A DNA stretch of 64,000 nt, taken from contig CANNFR010000008.1 in NCBI GenBank assembly GCA_947503935.1, positions 133,251 to 197,250 on the forward strand, given 5' to 3'. The translations under genes and the position numbers were made by a program. The notes beneath the pieces are model-generated. The model saw only the letters and a list, made by a program, of their open reading frames with translations. It was not told the DNA's origin and ran no database searches. Positions 9,182 through 19,001 of this stretch are shown here, piece by piece (position 1 is the stretch's first letter; each line of letters opens with the position of its first letter). Source of the DNA: an uncultured Rhodobacteraceae bacterium. Lineage in GTDB: Bacteria; Pseudomonadota; Alphaproteobacteria; Rhodobacterales; Rhodobacteraceae.

Positions 9182-9400
9182 TTACTTCTCGATACGGTCA
9201 TAATGATCGTCCTCTGCGCTTGAAAGCCGCTCTGAAATCACACGCCAGGCGATGTAGCCCGCCAAGGCGGCCGGGATCGCCAACAGCCATCCCGCAATCG
9301 GAAACCCGATCAATGTACCGATCAGCGCCGTCACCGCAAAAGTGGCGATAACGGCCGCGATCACACACACAATGATCAACACGAAACGGTCAAGCGGCAT
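9182..9400 (-). CDS. small membrane protein (72 aa, two predicted TM helices)
   Basis: A strong GAGGAGG lies upstream of the ATG. There are two hydrophobic helices and an acidic tail. Its stop is 1 nt from the ybjQ-like start. Confidence 0.6.
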   Translation of the reverse strand: MPLDRFVLIIVCVIAAVIATFAVTALIGTLIGFPIAGWLLAIPAALAGYIAWRVISERLSSAEDDHYDRIEK

Positions 9401-9560
9401 GGCGGCCTCCTCTGCCGTCGATCTGGCAATCCGTCACTAGCCTGCAAGAGGCGCACACATCTGCTGGCCGACGGGACGGCGATAACATGCAGATCACCCA
9501 AAAGCCTTAAAGCCTGGTTGAGGCTATAATATTTCTGGGCCTAAGACGCAATGATCGTGG

Positions 9561-10274
9561 TTAACCGGCCGCCAGCTGATTGTGTTTGCGCGAAATGAAT
9601 TGTTTTGCGGTCTCAACGGCCACGGCGGCGTCACGGCAATAGGCATCCGCGCCGATCGCCTTGCCGAATTCCTCATTCAAGGGGGCGCCGCCGACCAGAA
9701 CGATGTAATCGTCGCGCAGACCCTTTTCCTTCAGCGTGTCGATGACGACCTTCATGTAAGGCATTGTTGTGGTCAGCAAGGCCGACATGCCCAGGATATC
9801 GGGCTGTTCCTTCTCAAGCGCCTCGAGGTATTTCTCAACCGCGTTGTTGATCCCCAGATCGACAACTTCAAAGCCCGCGCCCTCCATCATCATGGAGACC
9901 AGGTTCTTGCCGATATCGTGAATATCGCCCTTCACCGTGCCGATCACCATCTTGCCCATGCGCGGCGCACCGGTTTCGGCCAGAAGCGGCTTCAAAATCG
10001 CCATGCCGCCTTTCATCGCATTCGCCGCCAGCAGCACCTCGGGCACGAAGAGGATGCCATCGCGGAAATCGGCGCCAACGATGGTCATCCCGGCGACCAG
10101 CGCCTTGGTGAGGATGTCATAGGGCTGCCAGTCGCGGCTCAGCAGGATGTTGACGCCCTCTTCGATCTCTTCTTTCAGACCGTCGTAAAGGTCGTCGTGC
10201 ATCTGCAAGACAAGCTCGTCGTCGCTTAGTTCCGACAGGATGATTTCGTCGTCATCGGCCATCTGGCTCTCCAC
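9561..10274 (-). CDS. corrinoid (cobalamin-binding) protein, MetH B12-cap plus B12-binding domain type
   Basis: DxHxxG motif (GDIHDIGKN), then SALLTTT and GGA motifs, with an N-terminal helical cap. Confidence 0.88.
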   Translation of the reverse strand: MESQMADDDEIILSELSDDELVLQMHDDLYDGLKEEIEEGVNILLSRDWQPYDILTKALVAGMTIVGADFRDGILFVPEVLLAANAMKGGMAILKPLLAETGAPRMGKMVIGTVKGDIHDIGKNLVSMMMEGAGFEVVDLGINNAVEKYLEALEKEQPDILGMSALLTTTMPYMKVVIDTLKEKGLRDDYIVLVGGAPLNEEFGKAIGADAYCRDAAVAVETAKQFISRKHNQLAAG

Positions 10275-10413
10275 AAGCTTTGCGCAAAGGGCTTTCCCCG
10301 GCGTCTATTGAATAAATGCGCCGCAAGTGCGGCCAACACGCGACGTTTTGCGACCAGCGGCGTTTCACGACCGACACCGCGCCGCTCCGCCGCGAAATGT
10401 GACCTTCACAAAT

Positions 10414-10434
10414 GTTCTTATTTCGTTCTATAAT
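10414..10434 (+). promoter_or_regulatory. alphaproteobacterial LexA (SOS) box GTTCTTATTTCGTTC fused to a TATAAT -10 element
   Basis: A perfect GTTC-N7-GTTC lies at 10414-10428. It is immediately followed by TATAAT (10429-10434), 6 nt before ATG 10441. Confidence 0.7.
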
Positions 10435-10440
10435 TTCGAG

Positions 10441-11525
10441 ATGAGATTGCCCAATTCGACACATCTTGACCCGACCCGGCGCAAGGGCCGTGGGGCGGCC
10501 AGCAATGCGGTCAGCCGGTTCGACCCGTATACGCGCGAGGGGGTCGATGACGGCTGGGAGATTGACGAAGATCTGCCGCCTCTGCGCACCGAGATCTCGG
10601 AAGAGCGGCCCCGTCGCGTGATCACCCGCAACAGCTCGCCCGATATCGGGTTCGACCGGTCGATCAACCCCTACAGGGGCTGCGAACACGGCTGTATCTA
10701 CTGCTTTGCCAGGCCCACCCATGCCTATCTCGGCCATTCGCCGGGTCTGGATTTCGAGACCCGCCTGGTTGCCAGGCCAACCGCGCCCGAGGCTTTGGCC
10801 CGTGAGTTGCGCGCGGCCAGCTATCGGCCCGCCACCCTCGCGCTGGGGACGAATACCGACCCCTATCAGCCGATCGAAAAGGATTACCGCATCATGCGTC
10901 GCATCCTTGAGGTGCTGCGCGATTTCCGCCATCCGGTGGGCATCGTCACCAAGGGCACGCTGATTGAGCGGGATATCGACATCCTGGCGCAGATGGCGGG
11001 GCAGGGGCTGGCCGCGGTGGGCATCAGCGTCACCACGCTTGACCCCGATCTGTCGCGCCGGATGGAGCCTCGGGTGCCTGCGCCCGCGCGGCGGCTTCGC
11101 ACCATCACGCGGCTGGCCGAGGCGGGCATTCCCGTCAAGGTCATGGCCTCGCCCATGATCCCCGCGCTCAGCGATCATGAGCTTGAGGGCATCCTGCAGG
11201 CCGGTCGTGACGCAGGCGCCGTGTCGGCCAGCACGATCACGCTGCGCCTGCCGCGTGAGGTCTCGCCGCTGTTTCAGGATTGGCTGGCCGAGCATTATCC
11301 GGGCCGCGCGGCCCATGTGATGGCGCGTATGCGCGAGTTGCATGGTGGGCGCGACTACGACCCCGAATGGGGCACGCGGATGACGGGCAAGGGACCGTTT
11401 GCCGCTTTGCTGCAGCACCGCTTCAAGATCGCGATTGCGCGTCTTGGGCTGTCGCATCGCCTGCCTCCGCTCAGAACCGATCTGTTTCGGCCGCCGCCCC
11501 AGCCGGGCGACCAGCTGTCGCTGTT

Positions 11526-11529
<4 letters not shown>
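10441..11529 (+). CDS. PA0069-family radical SAM protein (SplB-like)
   Basis: CEHGCIYC (CxxxCxxC) cluster motif and the family-typical N-terminus RKGRGAASN..RF. The start was chosen at ATG 10441. Confidence 0.85.
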
Positions 11530-12536
<1,007 letters not shown>

Positions 12537-12716
12537 GATCTGACCTTTTGCAAAGCTGTGGGAGGCGGCACCCGCAGGGGCCCGCCAATGCGCGCTCTCT
12601 GCCACGGCGGGGCGCAAGAGGCAATTCGAAACGCTTCATGATCTTGTTGAGATGAGGCGCAATTAGGGGTGCCTTGGGTTTTTGCCCGGCGGCTTTTGCC
12701 GGGTGTCCATCTCGGC

Positions 12717-14654
12717 TCAGGCGGCTTGACGTTGCGGGCGTTCCCTCCGGTCTGTCGGGCGGGACGCGGGCAAGGGGCCGGGCCAGCGGATCGCCCGCGC
12801 GATATCCCAGGTCGCCAGAGCCAACCCGGCGCGGGACGGCGCTGCGGCATAGAGCACTTCCCAATGCGGCGCGAAGCCATGTTTGAACTGCGCCAATCCC
12901 GGCATCTCGGCGGCGCGTCTGAGGGGGGCGGGCAGCTTGGCCGTCAGGTCGCCCAACCAGCGATGTGGCAGCGCCGCGAGTGACAGGCGCGGCACGCCTT
13001 CGCGGCCTGCCTGCCCGATCGCTTGGGCCAAAAGGGCATGCATCGTGCCATCGGGCGCATCGGCACCGGCGCGCATCAGATCCAATGTCCATTCCGACCG
13101 GGCTTCGTGCAGGGTCAGGAAGGCGACAAGCCGTCCCTGCGCATGGGCCAGGAAAACCCGCTGTGATTGGACATAGTCGGCGCTGTAGCGGCCCATCGAG
13201 AACCCGCGCTCACCCCCGCGGTGGGTGGCCCAATCGGCGGCGATATGCGCCATCTGGGCCGTGGCGCCCCCGTGCCATTCGGCAAGTGTCACGCCCGCCG
13301 CCTCGGCCTTGCGGATCTTGCGGCGGAGTTGGCGCCGCGCCGGGATGTCAAGTTGGAACTCCGTCGGGCGCAGCCAGCCTTCCATCGCCAAAGGGGCCAC
13401 GGCCCATCCGGCACGGCGGGCCTGCGCGGCCATGCGGGCATTGACCTTGTAGAGCACCGGCAACCGCCCCTCTGCCCAGGCAGCTTCTTGCAGCCGGACA
13501 AGGCCCGCGCCATCGCGATCGGGTCCAAAAGGATCGCCGATCATCGCCAGAATGTGGCCGGTGCGGCCCAGAACGGCCCCCTCAGCTGCACTGTCCAGCG
13601 GCAAAAAGGCCTTGTCGCCTTGGCGGAGCAGCCCGGCCTCGGCCCGGCCCGCGCGGTACATCGCGGCCTCAAGTCGGGCGGGCAGGGGGCGCCCGACCTC
13701 AAGCGCCATCGGGGTGGTGGTGCTCGGGCGGTCGGGAAGGGGCCCGCGCGCCAGAAAGACCAGCGCGATCAGGGCCGGCACCGTATAATAGACCACGCGC
13801 CAGGCCACGATGCCCGCCAGAACCGGCGCGGTCGCCGCGAACGGCAGCATGGCCAGCAAGGTCACCTCGAAAGCGCCCATGCCGCCGGGCGCGCCCGAGA
13901 GCATTCCCGCGCCGAAGGCGATCAGGAAGACGGGCAGCAAAACCGCCACGCTGACCCCGGCCTCGGGCGGCATCAGGACCGCAAGGCAAAGCCCTGCGGC
14001 CAGCGTATCGACAGCGGTCAACCCCACCAGCCGCGTCAGCGTCATCGCATTCGGCAAACGTATATCGCGGCCAAAGACCGTGATCCGCGGCTGCCAGAGG
14101 CAAAGGCCCGCGAAAACCGGCAGAACGATCAGCCCGGCCCAGGCCAATGCGCGCAAGGCGGGCGGGACGGGCAGCAACAGGAAGGCAATCAGCGAGACGA
14201 ATCCCCAACCGATCAGGAAAAGCACACTGACACTCAGCGTGATCTGCACTGCGCGGGCCAGGGTGACGCTGGGCAGCATCCGCCAGCGAACAAGGGTGCC
14301 GGTGAGCACGCCGAAACCGGCGGTCTGCCCCAGGGCAATGGCCAAAAGGCCCGCCCGCCCGGCCTCACGCGGGTCGCAGCCGGTGGCGAGATGCTGATGA
14401 ACCAGCGCGTCATAGCGCCCGATGGCCCAAAAGCTGAGGGCTGTCAGGCCGGCCGCCGCAGCCCATTGCCAGGTCGCCAGGGCGCCCAGAGCCTGAAGAA
14501 CGGCACGGGGGTCAACCTCGTCGACGCGGCCCCAGAGCAGGAAAACCAGCCCACCCGCAAGAAGGAGGGCCGGCATCTGCCGCAAGGCCAACCACCAAGG
14601 CGATGGCTGCGTCCTGACCTGCGCAGCCGCGCGGGCAAACGGGAAAACTGACAT
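12717..14654 (-). CDS. MprF-like aminoacyl-phosphatidylglycerol synthase (TM domain plus DUF2156-type C-terminal domain)
   Basis: About 8 N-terminal TM helices are followed by a soluble C-terminal domain resembling the lysyl-PG synthase domain. Confidence 0.65.
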   Translation of the reverse strand: MSVFPFARAAAQVRTQPSPWWLALRQMPALLLAGGLVFLLWGRVDEVDPRAVLQALGALATWQWAAAAGLTALSFWAIGRYDALVHQHLATGCDPREAGRAGLLAIALGQTAGFGVLTGTLVRWRMLPSVTLARAVQITLSVSVLFLIGWGFVSLIAFLLLPVPPALRALAWAGLIVLPVFAGLCLWQPRITVFGRDIRLPNAMTLTRLVGLTAVDTLAAGLCLAVLMPPEAGVSVAVLLPVFLIAFGAGMLSGAPGGMGAFEVTLLAMLPFAATAPVLAGIVAWRVVYYTVPALIALVFLARGPLPDRPSTTTPMALEVGRPLPARLEAAMYRAGRAEAGLLRQGDKAFLPLDSAAEGAVLGRTGHILAMIGDPFGPDRDGAGLVRLQEAAWAEGRLPVLYKVNARMAAQARRAGWAVAPLAMEGWLRPTEFQLDIPARRQLRRKIRKAEAAGVTLAEWHGGATAQMAHIAADWATHRGGERGFSMGRYSADYVQSQRVFLAHAQGRLVAFLTLHEARSEWTLDLMRAGADAPDGTMHALLAQAIGQAGREGVPRLSLAALPHRWLGDLTAKLPAPLRRAAEMPGLAQFKHGFAPHWEVLYAAAPSRAGLALATWDIARAIRWPGPLPASRPTDRRERPQRQAA

Positions 14655-14805
14655 CGGCCCGACGCTCCTTCACCATCCACTCAGGTGGCCGGAGCATGGG
14701 GCCTATTCGTTCAGCCAAGTTTAACGCCCGCGCATCAGCGCAGGCGTTCCAGGGCTATTTGCCCATATCTTTGCTTAAACTTGAACGATCTCGGGGCGCC
14801 GTCGC

Positions 14806-15135
14806 CTAGAGTTCGTTCATAAGCTGGGCCTTGGCTTCGGCCCCGTAAGCGATGATCTTGGCGCGGATCTCATCCTCGGTGGCCAGATCGCCCAGATCGC
14901 CCTTCACCTTGCGGACCACGTCTTCATAGCCGGCCTCTTCGAAATCGGCGGCGACCACTTCCTTTGCGTACTCGGCGGCCTCGTCCCCGGTCTTGCCCAT
15001 CAGCTCAGCCGCCCAGAGGCCGACCAGACGGTTGCGTCGCGCCTCGGCCTTGAACTGCATCTCGGCATCATGGGCGAATTTGTTCTCAAAGGCATTTTCG
15101 CGGTCGTCAAAGGTGCTCACGTCGGTTTCTCCCAA
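14806..15135 (-). CDS. DUF1476 protein, homologue of the Paracoccus F1-ATPase inhibitor zeta subunit
   Basis: STFDDRENAFENKFAHDAEMQFKAEARRNRL closely parallels the P. denitrificans zeta sequence as I recall it. The true start may be the GTG six codons in. Confidence 0.8.
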   Translation of the reverse strand: MGETDVSTFDDRENAFENKFAHDAEMQFKAEARRNRLVGLWAAELMGKTGDEAAEYAKEVVAADFEEAGYEDVVRKVKGDLGDLATEDEIRAKIIAYGAEAKAQLMNEL

Positions 15136-15261
15136 GGTTCGAGGTGCTTTTAAGTGTCATATGCGGTCGCGATGGCCATGTGCAAGGCGGGCTTATCTGT
15201 GCAATCAGAAACTTTGCCCTGTTTCATGCGTCAACAACCATCGAAAGCGGACGTACGCCTC

Positions 15262-16068
15262 TCAGCCGGACCTTTTCAGTTTGGCGTCCGCCCAGCTCAG
15301 CAACAGCCGATAATGGCGCGGATAGACATCCGGCCCATGATGCATGACCGAGCAAGGGTCGTGGGAATAAATTGGATTGGCATAGTCTTCGTCCAGACCA
15401 ATCATATGCCCAAATTCGTGGGCAGCGGTCGTATAGCCTGCCTCGGCAGGGACACCACTTTTTTCACGTATCATCTCGGCTTGCTTTTCGCTGCGGGGCG
15501 CAAGTGAATTGGAGTCGATTTCTACATCTGCATCATACAAGACTTGGTCAAGCAAATCTCGTCTGCGTTCGACCGATCCAAAACCGCTGACGATGCCGTC
15601 GGGCGCCTTGAAAACCTCGATCTCGAAATGGTCCTGCATCCAACCCGCTTCCTGGATGAAGAAATTGAAGTTTACGTTGACGGGTCTGGTTTGACCAAGC
15701 TCTTCGGGGTGGACGAATGTGCCGAGCTTCATATCCGGCGAATGGCCGATCCGCCCCACATGCATCCGATTCCAAGTCGACCGGATGAGCTTGTGCCATT
15801 TCCTCATATAATCATGACGCTCGGCTTGGGCCCATATGCGCTCGTCGTCATCTTCGAATTCCCACTGCATGATCTCGATGATCCAGTCTTTCGCGTCGAC
15901 GAAGAAGAACTGCAGTTTCATGAAGACTTCGATATCGAAAACGCCGCCTGCTCTGCGTATCAGGCGGGCGTCAAAATAACCGTTATGCCCAACCTTCAGC
16001 GTTTCTTCCGCAACGAAGACATCGTTTGCCCTGACAATCAGTCGCGGATCGGAAATGGTAAACGTCAT
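15262..16068 (-). CDS. orphan metzincin-like zinc metalloprotease (snapalysin-like catalytic motif), no signal peptide
   Basis: HEFGHMIGLDEDY (HExxHxxGxxD) is followed by PCSVMHHG, a Met-turn candidate. GAGGA lies 7 nt upstream of ATG 16068. Spot GC is 47-52%, versus about 63% in purC. Confidence 0.65.
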   Translation of the reverse strand: MTFTISDPRLIVRANDVFVAEETLKVGHNGYFDARLIRRAGGVFDIEVFMKLQFFFVDAKDWIIEIMQWEFEDDDERIWAQAERHDYMRKWHKLIRSTWNRMHVGRIGHSPDMKLGTFVHPEELGQTRPVNVNFNFFIQEAGWMQDHFEIEVFKAPDGIVSGFGSVERRRDLLDQVLYDADVEIDSNSLAPRSEKQAEMIREKSGVPAEAGYTTAAHEFGHMIGLDEDYANPIYSHDPCSVMHHGPDVYPRHYRLLLSWADAKLKRSG

Positions 16069-16288
16069 AGAGTCCTCATTGATGCTAAAATGCCGATAAA
16101 GCCTTCCATGAGGCAGCATTGTCAAGCATCCGTGCCGGGCATTTCCACATCGTCCGAATTCGGCGTATGAGACGATCCTGAAGCGTGGCGAGCAGGGTGG
16201 GCACAGCCTTGCAGCACTGCGCCCCTTGGCGTATATGCCGCGCAACAAGGGCACCCCCGCTTTGGTGGCGTGCCAGCAGGGAAAATTC

Positions 16289-17050
16289 ATGGCACGGCGC
16301 AAGAAAGTCTACGAAGGCAAGGCGAAGATCCTTTATGAAGGCCCCGAACCGGGAACGCTGGTTCAGTACTTCAAGGACGATGCCACCGCCTACAACGCCC
16401 AGAAGAAGGCGGTTTTTGAGGGCAAAGGCGTTCTGAACAACCGCCTGTCGGAATTCTTCATGGTGGGCCTGGCGGGCATCGGCGTGCCGACCCATTTCAT
16501 CAAGCGGATCAACATGCGCGAGCAATTGATCCGCATGGTTGAGATCATCCCGCTTGAGGTCGTTGTCCGCAACTTTGCCGCAGGGTCGATGTCGACGCGC
16601 CTTGGCATTCCCGAAGGCACCGCCCTGCCGCGCCCGATCGTTGAGTTCTACTACAAGGACGACGCGCTGAACGACCCGCTGGTGACGGAAGAACATGCCG
16701 TGGCCTTCGGCTGGGCCAGCCAGCAGGATCTGGACGATATCGTGGGGCTTGCCCTGCGGGTGAACGACTTTCTCTCTGGCGTGATGATGGGGGTCGGCAT
16801 CCGGCTGGTCGATTTCAAGATCGAGATCGGCCGGGTTTGGGAGAACGACTTCCCACGCCTGATCATCGCCGATGAGATCAGCCCCGACAGCTGCCGCCTG
16901 TGGGATATCAAGACCGGCCAGAAGCTGGACAAGGATGTGTTCCGCCGCGATCTGGGCGATCTATCCGACGCCTATACCGAGGTGGCCCGCCGCCTGGGCG
17001 TGCTGCCGTCAAATGTCACCCACGCCACGAAGCCCACGCTGATCAACTGA
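16289..17050 (+). CDS. purC: phosphoribosylaminoimidazole-succinocarboxamide synthase
   Basis: Full-length PurC-like sequence ([27 protein letters not shown]). Confidence 0.95.
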   Translation: MARRKKVYEGKAKILYEGPEPGTLVQYFKDDATAYNAQKKAVFEGKGVLNNRLSEFFMVGLAGIGVPTHFIKRINMREQLIRMVEIIPLEVVVRNFAAGSMSTRLGIPEGTALPRPIVEFYYKDDALNDPLVTEEHAVAFGWASQQDLDDIVGLALRVNDFLSGVMMGVGIRLVDFKIEIGRVWENDFPRLIIADEISPDSCRLWDIKTGQKLDKDVFRRDLGDLSDAYTEVARRLGVLPSNVTHATKPTLIN

Positions 17051-17254
17051 GAGGGCGTTTTCCACTCCAGCCGGTTTTTGCGAGAAAGGCGGGAGCTTTC
17101 GGAAAAGATCTGATCTGAGGCCGGACCAGTTCGGCTTGGGCCTACCCGTGCTGGACATGGAGATGCTTTCGGCGACATCTCCGGCAGGGATGCGTATCGC
17201 CAAAAGACCGAGGGCGCAAAGCGCGGCAAGTTTTTGGCGATACCCGGGAACGAT

Positions 17255-17608
17255 CTAGCTGCCCTCCGCCCGCACCACATGCTCGGCCGCTTGCATCACG
17301 CCGGCGCCGGCGCGCAGGGCGGCGGCCACGAAGGCGACTTCGGCCAGTTCCTCCTCCGAAGCGCCCTCCCGCCGCGCCATCGCGCTGTGGACATTCAGGC
17401 AATGCGGGCATTGCGTCGTCAGCGCAACGGCGACCGCGATCATCTCCTTCACCTTGCGCGACAGCGCCCCTTCGGCCATCGCGGCGCTGTCGAACCGCGC
17501 GAAGGTGGCCAGAAGCTTTGGCGACGCCCGCTCTAGCCCGGCGAGCTTGGCGATCTCCGCCTCGGCGGCGGCGAGGTCGGGGGCGAGAAATGTCGGATCG
17601 GCTGTCAT
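17255..17608 (-). CDS. carboxymuconolactone decarboxylase family (AhpD-like) protein
   Basis: It has a CPHC motif in an AhpD-like helical context. The long Arg/Gly-rich upstream extension of the track ORF is a read-through artefact. Confidence 0.8.
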   Translation of the reverse strand: MTADPTFLAPDLAAAEAEIAKLAGLERASPKLLATFARFDSAAMAEGALSRKVKEMIAVAVALTTQCPHCLNVHSAMARREGASEEELAEVAFVAAALRAGAGVMQAAEHVVRAEGS

Positions 17609-18171
17609 GGCGTGGTGTCCTGTGCTGGGATAATGTCGGAAAGCGCGGCGATCAGCTGCTCGCGTTCGGCTGGCGTGAGCGGCGAGGTCCCGAGAAGCTC
17701 GGAAATCCAGAGCCCGTCGAGGGCGAAGTGCAACAGCGCGGCGCGCTCTGCCGGCAGCCCGGCCCGGGTCAGCCCTTCGATCACCGCCCCGGCGGAGGCC
17801 TTGAGCGGCGCCAGCAGGTCGATGTCGCGGGCCACGGCGGCCAGCAGTGTGGGCGCGATCGGATCGCGGTCGCCCGGCGTTTGCGTTACCCGCTCGACAT
17901 GCGCCCGCACCGCCGCCGCTGCGTCCGGCGCGCCCTCCAGCGCGGGCGAGGCCTCGCGCGCCGCCAGCCGCTCGATCATCGCGATCAGCAGGGCGTCCTT
18001 CGTCCGGAAATGGTGCAGCACGGCCCCCTTGGACACGCCCGCCTCCTCGGCGACCGCATCGAAGGTCAGCGCGCCGCCGCCGCCGCGCCCGACCACCCGC
18101 TCGGCCGCATCCACCAGAAGATCCGTCGTGATCGTGGCCGGCCGCCCGACCCGTGCGCGCTCCTCCGTCAT
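17605..18171 (-). CDS. TetR-family transcriptional regulator
   Basis: N-terminal HTH (LTFDAVAEEAGVSKGAVLHHFRTKDAL). There are 4-nt overlaps with both neighbours. Confidence 0.88.
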   Translation of the reverse strand: MTEERARVGRPATITTDLLVDAAERVVGRGGGGALTFDAVAEEAGVSKGAVLHHFRTKDALLIAMIERLAAREASPALEGAPDAAAAVRAHVERVTQTPGDRDPIAPTLLAAVARDIDLLAPLKASAGAVIEGLTRAGLPAERAALLHFALDGLWISELLGTSPLTPAEREQLIAALSDIIPAQDTTP

Positions 18172-18506
18172 CGCGAGCCTCCCGCCCATGCGGCCAGCGG
18201 CGCATGCATCAGCACAACCCCGCCCACGATCAGCGCCAAGGCCGCCATATGCTGCGCCGTGATACGTTCCGCGAAGAACACCGCCCCGCCAATCGTGGCC
18301 CCGACGATGCCGAGCCCCGCCCAGGTCGGATAGGTGATCGAGATCGGCAGCACCGCGCTGACCCGCGCAAGAAGCCACAGCGATAGCCCGAAGCCCGTCA
18401 GGGCCAGCACGGACCAGCCCAGCCTGACGAACCCGCCCGACGCCTTGAGCGCCAGCGAGGCGATCACCTCGACAAGGATGGCGAGAAGGAGAATCATGTA
18501 GGGCAT
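18168..18506 (-). CDS. SMR-family small multidrug efflux protein (EmrE/SugE-like)
   Basis: 112 aa, four TM helices, and a conserved membrane Glu in the first helix (LAILVEVIAS). Confidence 0.8.
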   Translation of the reverse strand: MPYMILLLAILVEVIASLALKASGGFVRLGWSVLALTGFGLSLWLLARVSAVLPISITYPTWAGLGIVGATIGGAVFFAERITAQHMAALALIVGGVVLMHAPLAAWAGGSR

Positions 18507-18521
18507 AGCCACCTCGTAAAT

Positions 18522-18535
18522 ACCGTCCAGACGGT
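18522..18535. promoter_or_regulatory. palindromic operator candidate ACCGTC-CA-GACGGT upstream of the smr-tetR-cmd operon
   Basis: A perfect 6-2-6 inverted repeat lies 16 bp upstream of the SMR start codon. This geometry is typical of a TetR operator. Confidence 0.5.
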
Positions 18536-18761
18536 TTGTAATTATTTCGGCGGAGTTGGTCAACCCTCCAAGACGTGCTCAACCCTGACGAGAGGCGACG
18601 GCGGCGGCCGTAGGGCGGCGACATGCTTCCCGATCGTCGCGCCCGAAGATGAATGGGGCATTGACGCACGGAGGATGAAAGGGGGTGAAAAGATGTCTCA
18701 GGTGCTTGCGGGGCCAGGCTTGCGCTTGTAACAGAAGCGCATGCCACCAAGGAGCTAGCCC

Positions 18762-19001
18762 ATGAAAGCCCGTGTTCATGTCATGCTGAAGGACGGGGTG
18801 CTCGACCCCCAGGGCGAGGCCGTGCGCCATGCGCTTGGCACGCTGGGGTTTCAGGGGGTTGAGGGCGTGCGCCAGGGCAAGGTGATCGAGCTGGATCTGG
18901 ACCATCAGGACGCCGAGAAGGCCGAGGCCGAGGTGAAGGCGATGTGCGAGAAGCTGCTCGCCAATACGGTCATCGAGAAATACACCGTCGAGATCGCCTG
19001 A
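18762..19001 (+). CDS. purS: phosphoribosylformylglycinamidine synthase subunit PurS
   Basis: 79 aa with a typical PurS sequence (V.V.LK.GVLDPQG). It is directly followed by purQ. Confidence 0.92.
   Translation: MKARVHVMLKDGVLDPQGEAVRHALGTLGFQGVEGVRQGKVIELDLDHQDAEKAEAEVKAMCEKLLANTVIEKYTVEIA

Noticed and set aside
10275-10413. Possible cobalamin riboswitch upstream of the corrinoid protein gene (and upstream of the Hcy methyltransferase, 12537-12716)
   Set aside because: I could not find a B12-box-like core or the expected multi-stem architecture by eye. An Infernal scan would be decisive.
10252-11457. 401-aa ORF on the minus strand
   Set aside because: It is antisense to the radical SAM gene. 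It is Arg/Gly-rich with no motifs and is a shadow frame.
13167-14651. 494-aa ORF on the plus strand
   Set aside because: It is antisense to the MprF-like gene, whose TM-helix pattern and C-terminal domain are convincing. The composition is dominated by Arg/Gly/Gln/Pro.
16085-16696. 203-aa minus-strand ORF spanning the metzincin/purC spacer
   Set aside because: It is largely antisense to purC. It has no RBS and a shadow-frame composition.
17609-18205. Arg/Gly/Ala-rich N-terminal extension of the 316-aa track ORF 17255..18205
   Set aside because: This frame is alternative to the well-supported TetR gene. Only the last 117 codons (CMD domain, own ATG at 17608 overlapping the TetR stop) look real.
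18536-18761. Possible purine/ZTP riboswitch upstream of purS (also checked upstream of purC and purM)
   Set aside because: No ZTP pseudoknot core (CCGCCTGGGC-like) or purine-riboswitch junction was recognised. Only a small hairpin is present at 18721-18739.
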